Shown here: positions 10,586 to 20,798 of the stretch, piece by piece
Layout: each line of letters starts with the position of its first letter
How positions within the stretch are numbered: position 1 is the stretch's first letter
Assembly (NCBI GenBank): GCA_963840745.1
Contig: CAWJAC010000005.1
Span: 91,615-155,614 of the forward strand
DNA from: Candidatus Zambryskiibacteriota bacterium
GTDB taxonomy: Bacteria; Patescibacteriota; Minisyncoccia; Phycocordibacterales; WO2-35-19
Reading direction: 5' to 3'
Length of the DNA stretch: 64,000 nt
The notes under the pieces: generated by a model
The model's input: the letters and a program-made list of their open reading frames with translations, nothing else
Told to the model about the DNA's origin: nothing
Database searches by the model: none
Translations under genes and position numbers: made by a program

Positions 10586-11698
10586 ATGGCCACTAAGATT
10601 GGTAAAATAAGCAGACCGTTTTTGATTTTGACCATTGCACTTGTGGTAGGCGGTTTTTTTATTTTTAGTTCGGCTTCGCTCGGAATATTGGCTCGCAATG
10701 AAGCTGAGTTTTCCAGTGTCGCTTTTAATCAACTTTTCTATGGTTTATTTTTGGGTTCGATTGCCTGCCTTTTCTTTGCTCGAGTTGATTATCATCTTTG
10801 GAAAAAATATTCTCTTATTTTCTTTATTGGTTCCATATTGCTTACTCTTTTGGTTTTCGCACCGGGCATTGGAATAGAGCACGGCGGCGCCAGACGTTGG
10901 GTTGATCTAAGATTTATCTCTTTTCAACCAGCAGAATTTTTAAAACTTGCCTTTATAATGTATTTTGCCGCTTGGCTTTCAGGATTAAAAGAGAAGGTGA
11001 GCACTCTTTCCTGGGGACTTTTGCCTTTTTTGGTATTTTCTGGAATATTGGGCAGTTTATTGTTGGCTCAGCCGGACACTGATACTTTTGCCATCATTGT
11101 TTTTGCCTCTTTGGCCATGTATATAGCGAGCGGCGCCAAGTGGCGGCATGTGCTGTCTATATTCGTTGCTGGAGTATTGGTATTAACTATCCTTTATTTC
11201 ACTAGGCCATACATAAAACAAAGAATTGATGTAATGTTTCATCCGTCTCCAAACGACCAGACTAGCGGCTATCAGTTCAACCAATCCCTTATAGCTGTGG
11301 GTTCTGGACAAGTTTGGGGCAGAGGATTCGGACAAAGCATTCAAAAATTTTATTATCTGCCGGAGCCAATGGGTGATTCGGTTTTTGCGGTAGCAGCAGA
11401 AGAGTTTGGGTTCGTAGGAGCATTTACAATCATTGCGGTTTTCGTTATTTTTGGTTTGGAAGGCTTAAAAATATCATCTAAAGCGCAGGATAATTTTGGT
11501 AGACTAATGTCTCTCGGAATTGTTATACTTATAGTGTCCCAAGCGCTTGTAAATATAGGCGGCATGATCGGGGTTTTGCCTTTAACAGGTATCCCTCTGC
11601 CTTTTGTCAGCCAAGGAGGCACCGCTCTACTTATTACTTTAGTTGAGGCTGGAATAATGATGAGCATATCAAGGAGTAGCAAAAAAGTAAAAAATTAA
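10586..11698 (+). CDS. ftsW: SEDS family lipid II polymerase FtsW/RodA
   Basis: 370 aa polytopic. QPAEFLKL, GQSIQKFYYLPEPMGDSVFA and LPFVSQGGTAL motifs. Lies between mraY and murG. Confidence 0.88.
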   Translation: MATKIGKISRPFLILTIALVVGGFFIFSSASLGILARNEAEFSSVAFNQLFYGLFLGSIACLFFARVDYHLWKKYSLIFFIGSILLTLLVFAPGIGIEHGGARRWVDLRFISFQPAEFLKLAFIMYFAAWLSGLKEKVSTLSWGLLPFLVFSGILGSLLLAQPDTDTFAIIVFASLAMYIASGAKWRHVLSIFVAGVLVLTILYFTRPYIKQRIDVMFHPSPNDQTSGYQFNQSLIAVGSGQVWGRGFGQSIQKFYYLPEPMGDSVFAVAAEEFGFVGAFTIIAVFVIFGLEGLKISSKAQDNFGRLMSLGIVILIVSQALVNIGGMIGVLPLTGIPLPFVSQGGTALLITLVEAGIMMSISRSSKKVKN

Positions 11699-11702
11699 AA
11701 TT

Positions 11703-12836
11703 ATGAAAATAATATTCACGGGCGGAGGTACGGGTGGACATTTTTACCCAATCATAGCCATAGCCGAGTCAATTCAAAAAATTTCAAAAGAAAAAAAACT
11801 TTTATCGCCAGAAATGTTTTTTTGTTCGCCCTCTCCTTATAATCAAGGTCTTCTTTATGACCATAATATCCAATATAAAAAAGTCACTGCTGGTAAAATG
11901 CGCAGATATTTTTCATTGCTTAATTTTACCGATATTTTTAAAACAATTTGGGGAACTTTTATCGCTCTACTAGATGTTTTTGATATTTATCCGGATGTAG
12001 TCTTCAGTAAAGGCGGGTACGGCAGTTTTCCGGTAGTTCTCTCGGCACGCCTTTTGCGCATTCCGGTCTTTATTCACGAATCAGACTGCGCTCCCGGAAG
12101 AGTCAATAAGTGGGCAGGTAAATTTGCCGATCGGATTGCACTTTCCTATAAAGAAGCTGCGGAATATTTTCCCAAAGGAAAAGTAGCCTATACCGGCCAG
12201 CCGGTTTTAGAAGAGAAACTGACGCCAATTGAAAATGGCGCTGGAGAATTTTTTGATTTTGACACAAGCACTCCTACTATTTTCATCATGGGCGGTTCCC
12301 AAGGAGCAGAAACCATAAACAACATCGTTCTGGATATTTTGCCGGACCTCCTCAAAAATTTTCAGATCATACATCAAACTGGACAAGCAAATATTGAAGT
12401 TATAAAAGAATCTGCTGCCGCTATCCTTTTGAATAACCCAAATAAAAATAGATATAGACCCTTTGGGTACATGAACAGTTTAGAGATAAGAATGGCGGCC
12501 GGAATAGCAAGCCTCATTATAAGCAGGGGAGGTTCAACTATATTTGAAATAGCTTCTTGGCAGAAACCATCCATTATAATTCCCATAGCCGATTCAAACG
12601 AAAACCATCAGATCAAAAATGCTTTCGCTTACGCCAAAGATGGAGCTTGCTCTGTCTTAGAAGAAGAAAACTTAAAATCGCACATACTTCTGGCGGAAAT
12701 AAAGAGAATCATAGAAAATAAAGAGATCATCGAAAAAATGAAAATCGGGGGCAAAAATTTCTTCAAACCCGGCGCCGCTGATACTATTGCTCGCGAACTC
12801 CTCTCAATTATCTTTTCCCACGAAAAGTTGGAATAA
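11703..12836 (+). CDS. murG: UDP-GlcNAc:lipid I N-acetylglucosaminyltransferase
   Basis: GGGTGGHFYP N-terminus; GGSQGA and RGGSTIFE motifs. Confidence 0.9.
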   Translation: MKIIFTGGGTGGHFYPIIAIAESIQKISKEKKLLSPEMFFCSPSPYNQGLLYDHNIQYKKVTAGKMRRYFSLLNFTDIFKTIWGTFIALLDVFDIYPDVVFSKGGYGSFPVVLSARLLRIPVFIHESDCAPGRVNKWAGKFADRIALSYKEAAEYFPKGKVAYTGQPVLEEKLTPIENGAGEFFDFDTSTPTIFIMGGSQGAETINNIVLDILPDLLKNFQIIHQTGQANIEVIKESAAAILLNNPNKNRYRPFGYMNSLEIRMAAGIASLIISRGGSTIFEIASWQKPSIIIPIADSNENHQIKNAFAYAKDGACSVLEEENLKSHILLAEIKRIIENKEIIEKMKIGGKNFFKPGAADTIARELLSIIFSHEKLE

Positions 12837-12837
12837 A

Positions 12838-14196
12838 ATGAATACAAATAAAGAAAAAATTGTAGTGCGGTATCCGCCGTCTCCGACAGGCTTATTTCAT
12901 ATAGGCAACGCCAGAACTTTTCTTTTCAATTATCTTTTTGCCAAGCAAAATAACGGGCAAGTAGTTTTTCGGCTGGAGGACACGGACAAAGAGAGATCCA
13001 AAAAAGAATACGCTGACGATATCATTGAAAATTTAAAATGGCTCGGTATTGAGCCAGATTTTTCCACAACCGTGAGACAATCCGAAAGAAAAGATGTATA
13101 TAAAAAATATTTAGAGAAGCTTATAGTTGAAGGTAAAGCTTATTTATCAAAAGAAGAAACAATAGAAGAAGGACAGAGAGATGAGGTAATAAGGTTTAAA
13201 AATCCAAACAAAAAAATAAAATTCAATGATTTGATAAGGGGTGATATAGAATTTGACACAACGGAGCTTAAAGATTTTGTCATAGCCAAAAGTTTGGACG
13301 AGCCGGTTTATCATTTGGCCGTAGTGGTGGACGATTTTGAAATGGGAGTAACTCATGTAATAAGAGGAGATGATGGCATTTCCAACACTCCCAGACAAAT
13401 TCTTATTCAAGAAGCAATAGACGCGCCTCGACCCATTTACGCTCATTTGCCACTGATGCTCGCACCAGATGGAACTAAACTTTCCAAAAGAAAACATGGT
13501 GAGCAAGTTTCTGTTTCTTTCTATAGAAACTCCGGTTATTTGCCGGAAGCCATGATTAACTTCTTGGCCATGGTAGGCTGAAACCCCGGAGGAGATCAGG
13601 AAATTTTCAGTATGGAAGAACTTATAAAAATTTTTGATATAAAAAAAGTTCAAAAAAAGGGCGGTATATTTAATATAGAAAAACTTGACTGGCTGAATCG
13701 TGAATATATCCTTCACACTTCAAATGAAAAACAAATTCAAAATTTAAAAGAGCAAATCACAAATACCAAATATAAAGATAACAAAAAATGGCAAGATGAT
13801 GAATTTACAGAAAAATTTATTAAAATAATTTTAGACAGAATTCACAGATGGGGAGAGGTGAGGGAAGTGATAGAGGCAGGGGAGTTTGATTACCTTTTTG
13901 AAAAGCCAGTATTAGATAAAGAAAAAATATGCTGGAAAAATCAGAGCCTAGAAAAAGCAAAAGAAAATTTAGAAAAAGTTTTAAGAATATTAAATGAAGG
14001 AAATTATAACATCGTTAAAAACAAAATAATGGAACTAGCCGAGAAAGAGGGAAAAGGGGAAGTTCTTTGGCCATTACGTTATGCTCTATCAGGCAGAGAA
14101 AAATCTCCAGATCCATTTACCTTAATTGATATTTTGGGAATTAGAGAGAGCGAAGATAGACTTGACAAAGCCGTTGAAGTATTGAATATAAATTAA
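12838..14196 (+). CDS. gltX: glutamate--tRNA ligase with an in-frame TGA at a conserved Trp position
   Basis: RYPPSPTGLFHIGNART (HIGH) and KLSKR. Track ORFs 12787-13581 and 13612-14196 are in the same frame, separated only by TGA 13579-13581 in ..NFLAMVG[TGA]NPGGDQEIFSMEELI. Confidence 0.85.
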
Positions 14197-14197
14197 A

Positions 14198-15481
14198 ATG
14201 CCATCCAAAAAATTAATTGCGGTCATACTGGTAATATTTTTAATGATTAATACGGCAAGTACATCCTTTGCTCAGTCTATAGATGAAATTAAACAAAGTA
14301 TAACTGATCACAATAATAAAATAGAACAGTTGGATGCAGAAATAGCGGCTTATCAAAAACAGCTGGATCAAATAGGCGGTGAGGCCCAAACTCTGCAAAA
14401 CGCCATAAAAGTGCTCGATATAAATCAAAAAAAAATTAATGCCGAAATACAAAAGACCACTGCAAGCATACAAAATAGCAATTTGACTATTCAGAATTTA
14501 AGTGGTGAAATAGGAGATACAGAGACAAAGATTACCTCAAATGTAGAGGCCATCTCAAAAACCTTAAACGAAATTTACCAAAGTGATGACCAAACACTTA
14601 TAGAGAGTTTTCTTAATAATAAGAGTTTGGCCGATATTTTTGACGAATATGAATCAATCAGCCAATTTCAGCAAAAGGTAAGAGATCAATCAAAAGAGTT
14701 GAAAGCTTACGAAAATGATTTATCTAATAAAAAAACGGCTACCGAAGCAGAAAAACAAAAATTGATGTCCTTAAAATCACAGCTTAGCGACCAAAATAAG
14801 GTTTTGGATATAAACAAAAAGGAAAAAAACGATCTCTTGGCCACTACCAAAGACAAAGAGGCAAATTACAAAAAATTATTGACCGACCGTCAGGCCGAAA
14901 AGGATAAATTTGAAAAAGAACTGACCGATTATGAATCTCAGCTGCAGTTTAAGTTAAATCCAAGTAGCATACCTTCTTCTGGTTCTGGAGTTTTGGGCTG
15001 GCCACTTGATAAAATCCGCATAACTCAATTATTTGGAGATACTGATTTTGCCCGTAGTCATCCGGGCGCTTATAATGGTAATGGACATAATGGTGTTGAT
15101 TTTGCTGCAAATATAGGGACAATAGTCATGGCTGCGGCAAACGGCGTGGTCGTTGGTACCGGTAACACCGATATAGTCTGTCCAAACGCCTCCTATGGTA
15201 AGTGGGTTCTTATAAAACACATCAATGGACTTTCAACTTTATATGCACATTTGTCAATCATCAAGGTTACTCAGGGAGACAACGTCTCTAGAAGCGATAT
15301 AATAGGATATAGTGGTAATACCGGCTACACTACGGGGCCCCATTTGCACTTTGGCGTATTCGCTTCAGACGGCGTTCAGATTACCACCCTTAAGAGCAAG
15401 GTTTGCAGTGGCTCTTACACCATGCCGGTGGCCAGTTTTAGCGCTTATCTAAACCCGCTTTTATATTTGCCGAGTTTGTAA
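14198..15481 (+). CDS. coiled-coil M23 family metallo-endopeptidase (EnvC-like)
   Basis: Signal peptide and long coiled coil. C-terminal HNGVDFAA...GNTGYTTGPHLHFGV. Confidence 0.88.
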   Translation: MPSKKLIAVILVIFLMINTASTSFAQSIDEIKQSITDHNNKIEQLDAEIAAYQKQLDQIGGEAQTLQNAIKVLDINQKKINAEIQKTTASIQNSNLTIQNLSGEIGDTETKITSNVEAISKTLNEIYQSDDQTLIESFLNNKSLADIFDEYESISQFQQKVRDQSKELKAYENDLSNKKTATEAEKQKLMSLKSQLSDQNKVLDINKKEKNDLLATTKDKEANYKKLLTDRQAEKDKFEKELTDYESQLQFKLNPSSIPSSGSGVLGWPLDKIRITQLFGDTDFARSHPGAYNGNGHNGVDFAANIGTIVMAAANGVVVGTGNTDIVCPNASYGKWVLIKHINGLSTLYAHLSIIKVTQGDNVSRSDIIGYSGNTGYTTGPHLHFGVFASDGVQITTLKSKVCSGSYTMPVASFSAYLNPLLYLPSL

Positions 15482-15485
15482 TAAA

Positions 15486-15725
15486 ATGAATAGCATGAAA
15501 AATAAAAATCAAGGCGGAGGATCTATAACAATCATTATCATAGTTGTTGGCGCACTGGTTTTGCTCAAATATGTCTATAATATTGATGTGGTTAGCTTTT
15601 TGACCCAAGGACGATTTAGGGAATTGTTGGACCAATTTTACAAGTTGGGATCAGAAGGCTGGATAAAATACAGAGACACACTAATTAGCATCTGGAATTA
15701 TTTTCTCAAATTTCTAAAAAAATAA
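15486..15725 (+). CDS. small membrane protein, hypothetical
   Basis: 79 aa, one TM (ITIIIIVVGALVLL). Tightly follows the M23 gene. Confidence 0.45.
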   Translation: MNSMKNKNQGGGSITIIIIVVGALVLLKYVYNIDVVSFLTQGRFRELLDQFYKLGSEGWIKYRDTLISIWNYFLKFLKK

Positions 15726-15840
15726 GCAGGGAAGGGCTTTTCTTTTTGCCTAGCTAGTGACTACCGAAAAGATATATTGTGCGACGTTTATACCATAATG
15801 ATCCCATTTGCAAACAAACTAGAAAATTAGGCATAAACAA

Positions 15841-15880
15841 AAATCCCCTCTTGAGATAAGAAGGGATTTTTGTTTTTTTA
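15841..15880. terminator. bidirectional rho-independent terminator
   Basis: aaatcccctct-tgagata-agaagggattt stem with one mismatch. Followed by TTTTGTTTTTTT on + and flanked by an A-run (T-run on -). Lies between convergent genes. Confidence 0.6.
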
Positions 15881-16348
15881 TTTCATTGCTATCGTTGCCA
15901 AATCTTTATTATATTCAGTATAAGCGACAGTTTTCTCCCAACACTTGGAAGAGGACAGCCAGGGCTTGACTCCGTATTTCTCAAAGAGGACTCTGGCATA
16001 GGCTGTGTTCCCTTCCAGAGTCAATATATTAAACCCAAGCTTTTCAGAATTTTCATTATGGAAGTCTTCGTTGATCTGCATCACACCTCTGTCAGAAGTA
16101 TTTTTTTCTCCACGGAGCACTTGCCCATTACTGTCATGCTGGCGGAAACGGGACTCGCACTTGGCGATTTCAACCATTATAGGTATATCAGAAAAATAAT
16201 TTCTCACATATTCCTCTACCGTCATTGTCTTCTCAACTGAAATTTTTTTATTTTCAGGCGGAAGGATTTCTTTTATATCAACATTTTCAGGCAGGGCCGC
16301 GGGAATAGATGATGTCCCAAAGCCAGTAATACTTGAGGCGAGCATCAT
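15878..16348 (-). CDS. lytic transglycosylase (SLT/lysozyme-like) domain protein
   Basis: Pattern CESRFRQ....DRGVMQIN....GNTAYA typical of SLT-type catalytic domains. N-terminal anchor. Confidence 0.7.
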   Translation of the reverse strand: MMLASSITGFGTSSIPAALPENVDIKEILPPENKKISVEKTMTVEEYVRNYFSDIPIMVEIAKCESRFRQHDSNGQVLRGEKNTSDRGVMQINEDFHNENSEKLGFNILTLEGNTAYARVLFEKYGVKPWLSSSKCWEKTVAYTEYNKDLATIAMK

Positions 16349-16643
16349 AAACCCTATAGCAGTAGTCTGGAAGATAAGCCTATTGTTTAATTTTAATCTT
16401 GTCTCAATCTCCTACCCTTCAAAATCAATGGCAAGTTTTTTATTTTTGATTAAAACAAGTAGAGATGTCAGTCAGATAACCTCAAGCGCGAACCCCAAAA
16501 TTTTTTGCAAAATAATTTAAGTAAGTATGCCTGAGCCGAAAAACATCCCTATATAACGACAAAATCCAGCATTTACTGGATTTACATAAGCATAGCATTT
16601 TTTAATCTTGCTGTCAATAGCAAAATGTGGTGAAATATTTTGG

Positions 16644-17369
16644 TTATTTTAGTGCTGCATTTATGGCCTGCTCAAAATTTGTAAGCGGCTGAGCGCCAAC
16701 TAAAATCTGACCATTTACAAATACACTAGGCGTCCCTGTCACTCCGTATTTCTTGCCGGCATCAGTTTCGTTCAACACCTCTTGTTTGTATTTGCCGCTA
16801 TCCAAACATTGATTAAATTGTGAAGTGCTGAGCCCCAGAGTTTGGGCGATCTTTTTTTGATTTGCGCTAGAGGCCCAGTCTGATGATTCGCTTCCTTGAT
16901 GAGTAAACAAATAGTCATGATATTGCCAGAACATATTTTGATCTGCCGCGCAATGAGTCGCTTCCGCTGCTGTATTTGAATCAGGTCCCAGAAAAGCAAA
17001 ATCTTGATACATAAATTTAATTTTATCGGTATCGATGTATTCAGACTTTAATTTAGAGTAGACATCAGTGTAAAATTTTTCACAGAACGGACATCTGTAA
17101 TCGGCATATTCCACTACCGTTACTTTGGCCTTGCTGTTGCCTAAATATGGCGTATTTGGATTCAGATTCAACACAACTTTCCCGCCAGCCGGATTTTGGG
17201 TTCCCGCCTGCGCATTTTGCCCCTGAACTTGAGCTACCGCCTTACTTTGGAACCACAATATCTTACCGCTACTCCAGCAAATGCTTGTCGATATTAAAAT
17301 GGCGCCAATTAAAATACTCACGGGTACTAATAAATCTTTTTCTCCTATTCCATATTTTTTCCAAGACAT
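16644..17369 (-). CDS. DsbA-family thiol:disulfide oxidoreductase
   Basis: N-terminal TM, CPFC active site, thioredoxin-fold C-terminal GTPSVFVNG. Confidence 0.85.
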   Translation of the reverse strand: MSWKKYGIGEKDLLVPVSILIGAILISTSICWSSGKILWFQSKAVAQVQGQNAQAGTQNPAGGKVVLNLNPNTPYLGNSKAKVTVVEYADYRCPFCEKFYTDVYSKLKSEYIDTDKIKFMYQDFAFLGPDSNTAAEATHCAADQNMFWQYHDYLFTHQGSESSDWASSANQKKIAQTLGLSTSQFNQCLDSGKYKQEVLNETDAGKKYGVTGTPSVFVNGQILVGAQPLTNFEQAINAALK

Positions 17370-17385
17370 AATTGTATTATACAGG

Positions 17386-17828
17386 TTACTTTAATCCTTT
17401 GCAATTGGAAGCTGGTGTATAGCCGGGCAGCGCGAGCTTCCAGGGGTGGAATTAAAAGTTACGAGGTTTTGCGGAGAAATTTGTTTAGCTCCAGCACACC
17501 AAGGATAATGATATTTGGTGCCATTCTTTGAAGCGACTACCTGCCCGCCTTGGCTCGCCGAAGCTGTGGCGGAGGCGGCCAGAGAAGATGTAGCAACTCC
17601 TTTCACTTCCCCACTTACATCCGAAATAACCCTAACCGGCTGCCTTTTATCCTGCAGACCGGAGACCCGACCCAAAGAAAAAGCAATTATCGCCACAAGG
17701 ATAATAACCGCCGTAATAAAATATTTACCTTCTATAAAATTCCAAAAATTATCCTTCCAACTCCTCTCTTTTTTATAATCAGCATCTTCTGAAATAACGT
17801 ATTCTTCTATACTTTTATCTTCTTGCAT
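17386..17828 (-). CDS. membrane-anchored protein with Ada-like metal-binding C-terminal motif; C-terminus frameshifted twice
   Basis: [23 protein letters not shown]. Removing one C from each run (about 17444 and 17425) restores ..[18 protein letters not shown] with stop at 17386-17388. Confidence 0.55.
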
Positions 17829-17857
17829 TTTTAATTATTATCTATTATACTCTTTAT

Positions 17858-18130
17858 ATGGCACATAAAAAAGCCGCTGGTACAACTAAAAACGGGAGGG
17901 ATTCAGGTCCGCAATATCTCGGAGTCAAGCTCTCTGATGGAAGCCTCGCTACGGTAGGCTCTATTTTGGTACGCCAGAGAGGATCTAACATTCTCCCCGG
18001 CCCGAATGTTGGTATGGGCAAAGATTACACCCTTTTCGCTCTTAAGAACGGAAAGATTAAAATGATTTCTAAAAGAAAAGTTCACTTCGATGGTACTACT
18101 GTCACCAAAAAAATAGCGAGCGTAGTTTAA
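17858..18130 (+). CDS. rpmA: 50S ribosomal protein L27
   Basis: [29 protein letters not shown]. Confidence 0.95.
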   Translation: MAHKKAAGTTKNGRDSGPQYLGVKLSDGSLATVGSILVRQRGSNILPGPNVGMGKDYTLFALKNGKIKMISKRKVHFDGTTVTKKIASVV

Positions 18131-18591
18131 TTTTCTGTTTCGATCACCAATTTGAATTCTCCTTTGTTCTTACCTGACTGCGCAGGCGGACCAACTTGAA
18201 CCAACACTATATGCTCCCCTATTTCTTTGATTGGCTTTGGAGTTACTAAAAATTCTGGACCAATTTCTATTTTTGCTTGATCCTTTAAGGCTTCGGATAT
18301 TTCTTCCGGATGAATTTTTTCAAACAAATGTCCTTTTTCATTTCCTTTCTTTTTTAAAACAATTTTCACACCCTTAAGCATTTCAATTTGTTTTTCCGTC
18401 AGTTTTTCCCTTATTTCAATTTCAGCAATATTAGTTGATTTCAAAATTTCAGCCTTTTTAACAGCTTCTGGGCTGGCATACTCTGCAAGTTTTTTGGGTA
18501 TCAAAAAATTGTTGGCATATCCATCCGCCACATTTTTAACTTCATATTTTCTGCCCACTCCTTTTATATCTTCTTTAAGAATGATTTTCAT
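18127..18591 (-). CDS. rplI: 50S ribosomal protein L9
   Basis: [36 protein letters not shown]. Confidence 0.92.
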   Translation of the reverse strand: MKIILKEDIKGVGRKYEVKNVADGYANNFLIPKKLAEYASPEAVKKAEILKSTNIAEIEIREKLTEKQIEMLKGVKIVLKKKGNEKGHLFEKIHPEEISEALKDQAKIEIGPEFLVTPKPIKEIGEHIVLVQVGPPAQSGKNKGEFKLVIETEN

Positions 18592-18601
18592 ATTTTAGGA
18601 G

Positions 18602-19813
18602 TTATTTCATAAGATATTTAACCGCCGCATCCATTTGAGGATCTGCTCCATTTTTTGTATTTTCAAGGGTCAAAGGCACCTCAATATTTGGAGTGAGGCC
18701 GCCATTTGAAATTGACTTGCCAAAAGGAGTAAACCAATGAGCCACAGTTATTTTCAAAGAAGTATCCGAGGTAACAGGAACAAGCTCTTGAACAGAACCT
18801 TTGCCAAAAGTTCTTTCACCTACAAGAACAGCTTTATTATATTCCTGCAGGGCACCAGCTAAAATTTCGGAAGCTGAAGCGCTACCTTCATTGACCAAAA
18901 TCACAAATTTTAATTTGTCTGTAAAAATATCATAACCTTTGCTTCTATATATCGTCGGCGGTATTTTATCTCCATAATTTTCGGTCACCACCACTTTACC
19001 GGTCGGCAAAAACCAACTGGCCATATCAAGGGCCGCTTCCAAATAGCCTCCCGGATTATTGCGCAAATCGAGCACTAACTTATCTGAACCGGATTCCACA
19101 AATTGACGCAGGGCGCCACGAAACAGATCCGGTGAAGTGGCGGTAAAACTATATAGACTTATTACAAAAATATTTCCAGGCAATATTTTGGTATCTATAG
19201 TCGGTATTTCTATATTTGCTCTAACTAAAGTTTTTACTATCGGATCTTTCACTCCTTTTCTTTCAAAAGTGACAACGACAGAAGTGCCCACATCGCCCCT
19301 TATAAGTCCTATAGCTTCATCAGAAGACATATTTAAAGCAGACTTGTTTCCAATTGATATTATTTTGTCTCCGGCCTTCACGCCAGCTACATCTGCCGGA
19401 GTACCTTTAAGAGGAGCAATGACAGTTAAGAATCCGTCTTGCACTCCTATCTCCATACCAACACCACCAAAGGAGCCGCTTATTTCTTCTTCAAAAGATT
19501 TGGACTCCACCGGCGGGAAAAATACGGTGTACGGATCGCCATAAGAGCTGGCCAAGCCTTCGATAGCGCCCCAGACTTTAGTTTGGTTGCTTATCGGCGG
19601 AGTAGTCGAAGAAGCTGAGGAAAATTTTTGATCGAGCAAATTCCAGGCTTCCCAAAATGGCGCTAAATCCGCATTTTCGGTCGAGGTGGCATTTAAAAGT
19701 CCAACCGGCACATTGCTTAAAGAGCTTTTTTTGCCAGTATAAAAGCCAGTTGCAAACAAAATGGTTGCAATGATTAGTGACACTAAAACCTGTGTGTATC
19801 TTTCCTTATTCAT
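18602..19813 (-). CDS. S41 family C-terminal processing peptidase with PDZ domain
   Basis: Start at MNKERY (19813). PDZ GVKAGDKIISI; RNNPGGYL, GSASASEILAG, TFGKGSVQ. Confidence 0.88.
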   Translation of the reverse strand: MNKERYTQVLVSLIIATILFATGFYTGKKSSLSNVPVGLLNATSTENADLAPFWEAWNLLDQKFSSASSTTPPISNQTKVWGAIEGLASSYGDPYTVFFPPVESKSFEEEISGSFGGVGMEIGVQDGFLTVIAPLKGTPADVAGVKAGDKIISIGNKSALNMSSDEAIGLIRGDVGTSVVVTFERKGVKDPIVKTLVRANIEIPTIDTKILPGNIFVISLYSFTATSPDLFRGALRQFVESGSDKLVLDLRNNPGGYLEAALDMASWFLPTGKVVVTENYGDKIPPTIYRSKGYDIFTDKLKFVILVNEGSASASEILAGALQEYNKAVLVGERTFGKGSVQELVPVTSDTSLKITVAHWFTPFGKSISNGGLTPNIEVPLTLENTKNGADPQMDAAVKYLMK

Positions 19814-19859
19814 TTTCTGATATAATATATCATAACTTCTATCATTATCAAAAATCAAA

Positions 19860-20762
19860 ATGATTACCACCCGCTCATTTATGAATCAAGTTTGGATAGA
19901 CTTAAACTCCCCCACTAAGGAAGAAATCGATTCTCTGATACTGACTCAGAATATAAGCTCTGCTATTGCCAAAGACTTACTGGCGCCAACACCAACCCAA
20001 TATGCTAAGGAAAATGGCGATGCTATTTACGCGGTCCTGCACATACCGACTCTTAAGCATTCTAATTCCACCGAAAACATACAAGAAGTTGATTTCATAA
20101 TAAAAGCAGACAGTATAGTCACCGCAAGATATGATTCCATCGATGCGCTTCATTTTTTTGCCAAACAGATAGAAGTAAGCGAGATATTAAATAAAGGCAA
20201 AAATTCGCATTTATTTTTTGGCCTAATGAGAGAAATTTACAAATCACTGGCTGATGAGTTGGCATATATGGAAGACTGGATGAAAGAAATAGAAAAAAAT
20301 ATTTTTGAAGGCCAAGAAAAAGCGATGGTTTTCACCATTTCAAATGCCAGCAGAAATCTTTTAAACTTTAAAAGAACAGTTGATCCTCATGGCAATGTAT
20401 TTGAATTTCTGCGAGATATTGGTAAGGAAAAATTCGGTCAAGAGTTTGGGCTAGAGGTCAAAATTATTATGGAAGAGTGGAAACGAATGATAAAAAGAGT
20501 AAACAATCAAATGGATCTGATCGTAGAGCTGCGGGAAACCAATAATTCGATGCTCACCACCAAACAAAATGAAATAATGAAAACATTGGCAGTCGTTGGT
20601 TCTGTCTTGTTGCCTTTGTCAGTCATTGGCCAAATTTTTGGAATGAGTATTCATAATTTTCCTCTGATAGATAACCCCCATGCTTTTTGGATTATTTTGT
20701 CTATGATGGCCATCATAGCAGTTGTGACACTTATTTACGCTAAAGTTAAGAAATGGATGTGA
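19860..20762 (+). CDS. corA: CorA-like divalent cation transporter (GMS variant of the GMN motif)
   Basis: 300 aa with two C-terminal TMs. The loop reads FGMSIHNFP where CorA has YGMNF. Confidence 0.7.
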   Translation: MITTRSFMNQVWIDLNSPTKEEIDSLILTQNISSAIAKDLLAPTPTQYAKENGDAIYAVLHIPTLKHSNSTENIQEVDFIIKADSIVTARYDSIDALHFFAKQIEVSEILNKGKNSHLFFGLMREIYKSLADELAYMEDWMKEIEKNIFEGQEKAMVFTISNASRNLLNFKRTVDPHGNVFEFLRDIGKEKFGQEFGLEVKIIMEEWKRMIKRVNNQMDLIVELRETNNSMLTTKQNEIMKTLAVVGSVLLPLSVIGQIFGMSIHNFPLIDNPHAFWIILSMMAIIAVVTLIYAKVKKWM

Positions 20763-20798
20763 CGTCCCAGTACCGAAATTGACTTTTGTTGAAACTAT

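Noticed and set aside
1444-12847. Numerous antisense or overlapping track ORFs inside well-supported genes (for example 1444-1725, 5694-6275, 6871-7287, 8480-8995, 10183-10461, 11353-11682, 13147-13716).
   Set aside because: Each lies within a gene with strong family motifs on the other strand or frame, and none shows a recognisable motif of its own.
13579-13581. Genome-wide TGA reassignment (code 4 or code 25), suggested by the in-frame TGA in gltX.
   Set aside because: TGA terminates the kinase (1847-1849), RT-1, RT-2, Avd-1 and target A exactly at natural, homolog-like C-termini. I found no other in-frame TGA at a conserved Trp or Gly in this window.
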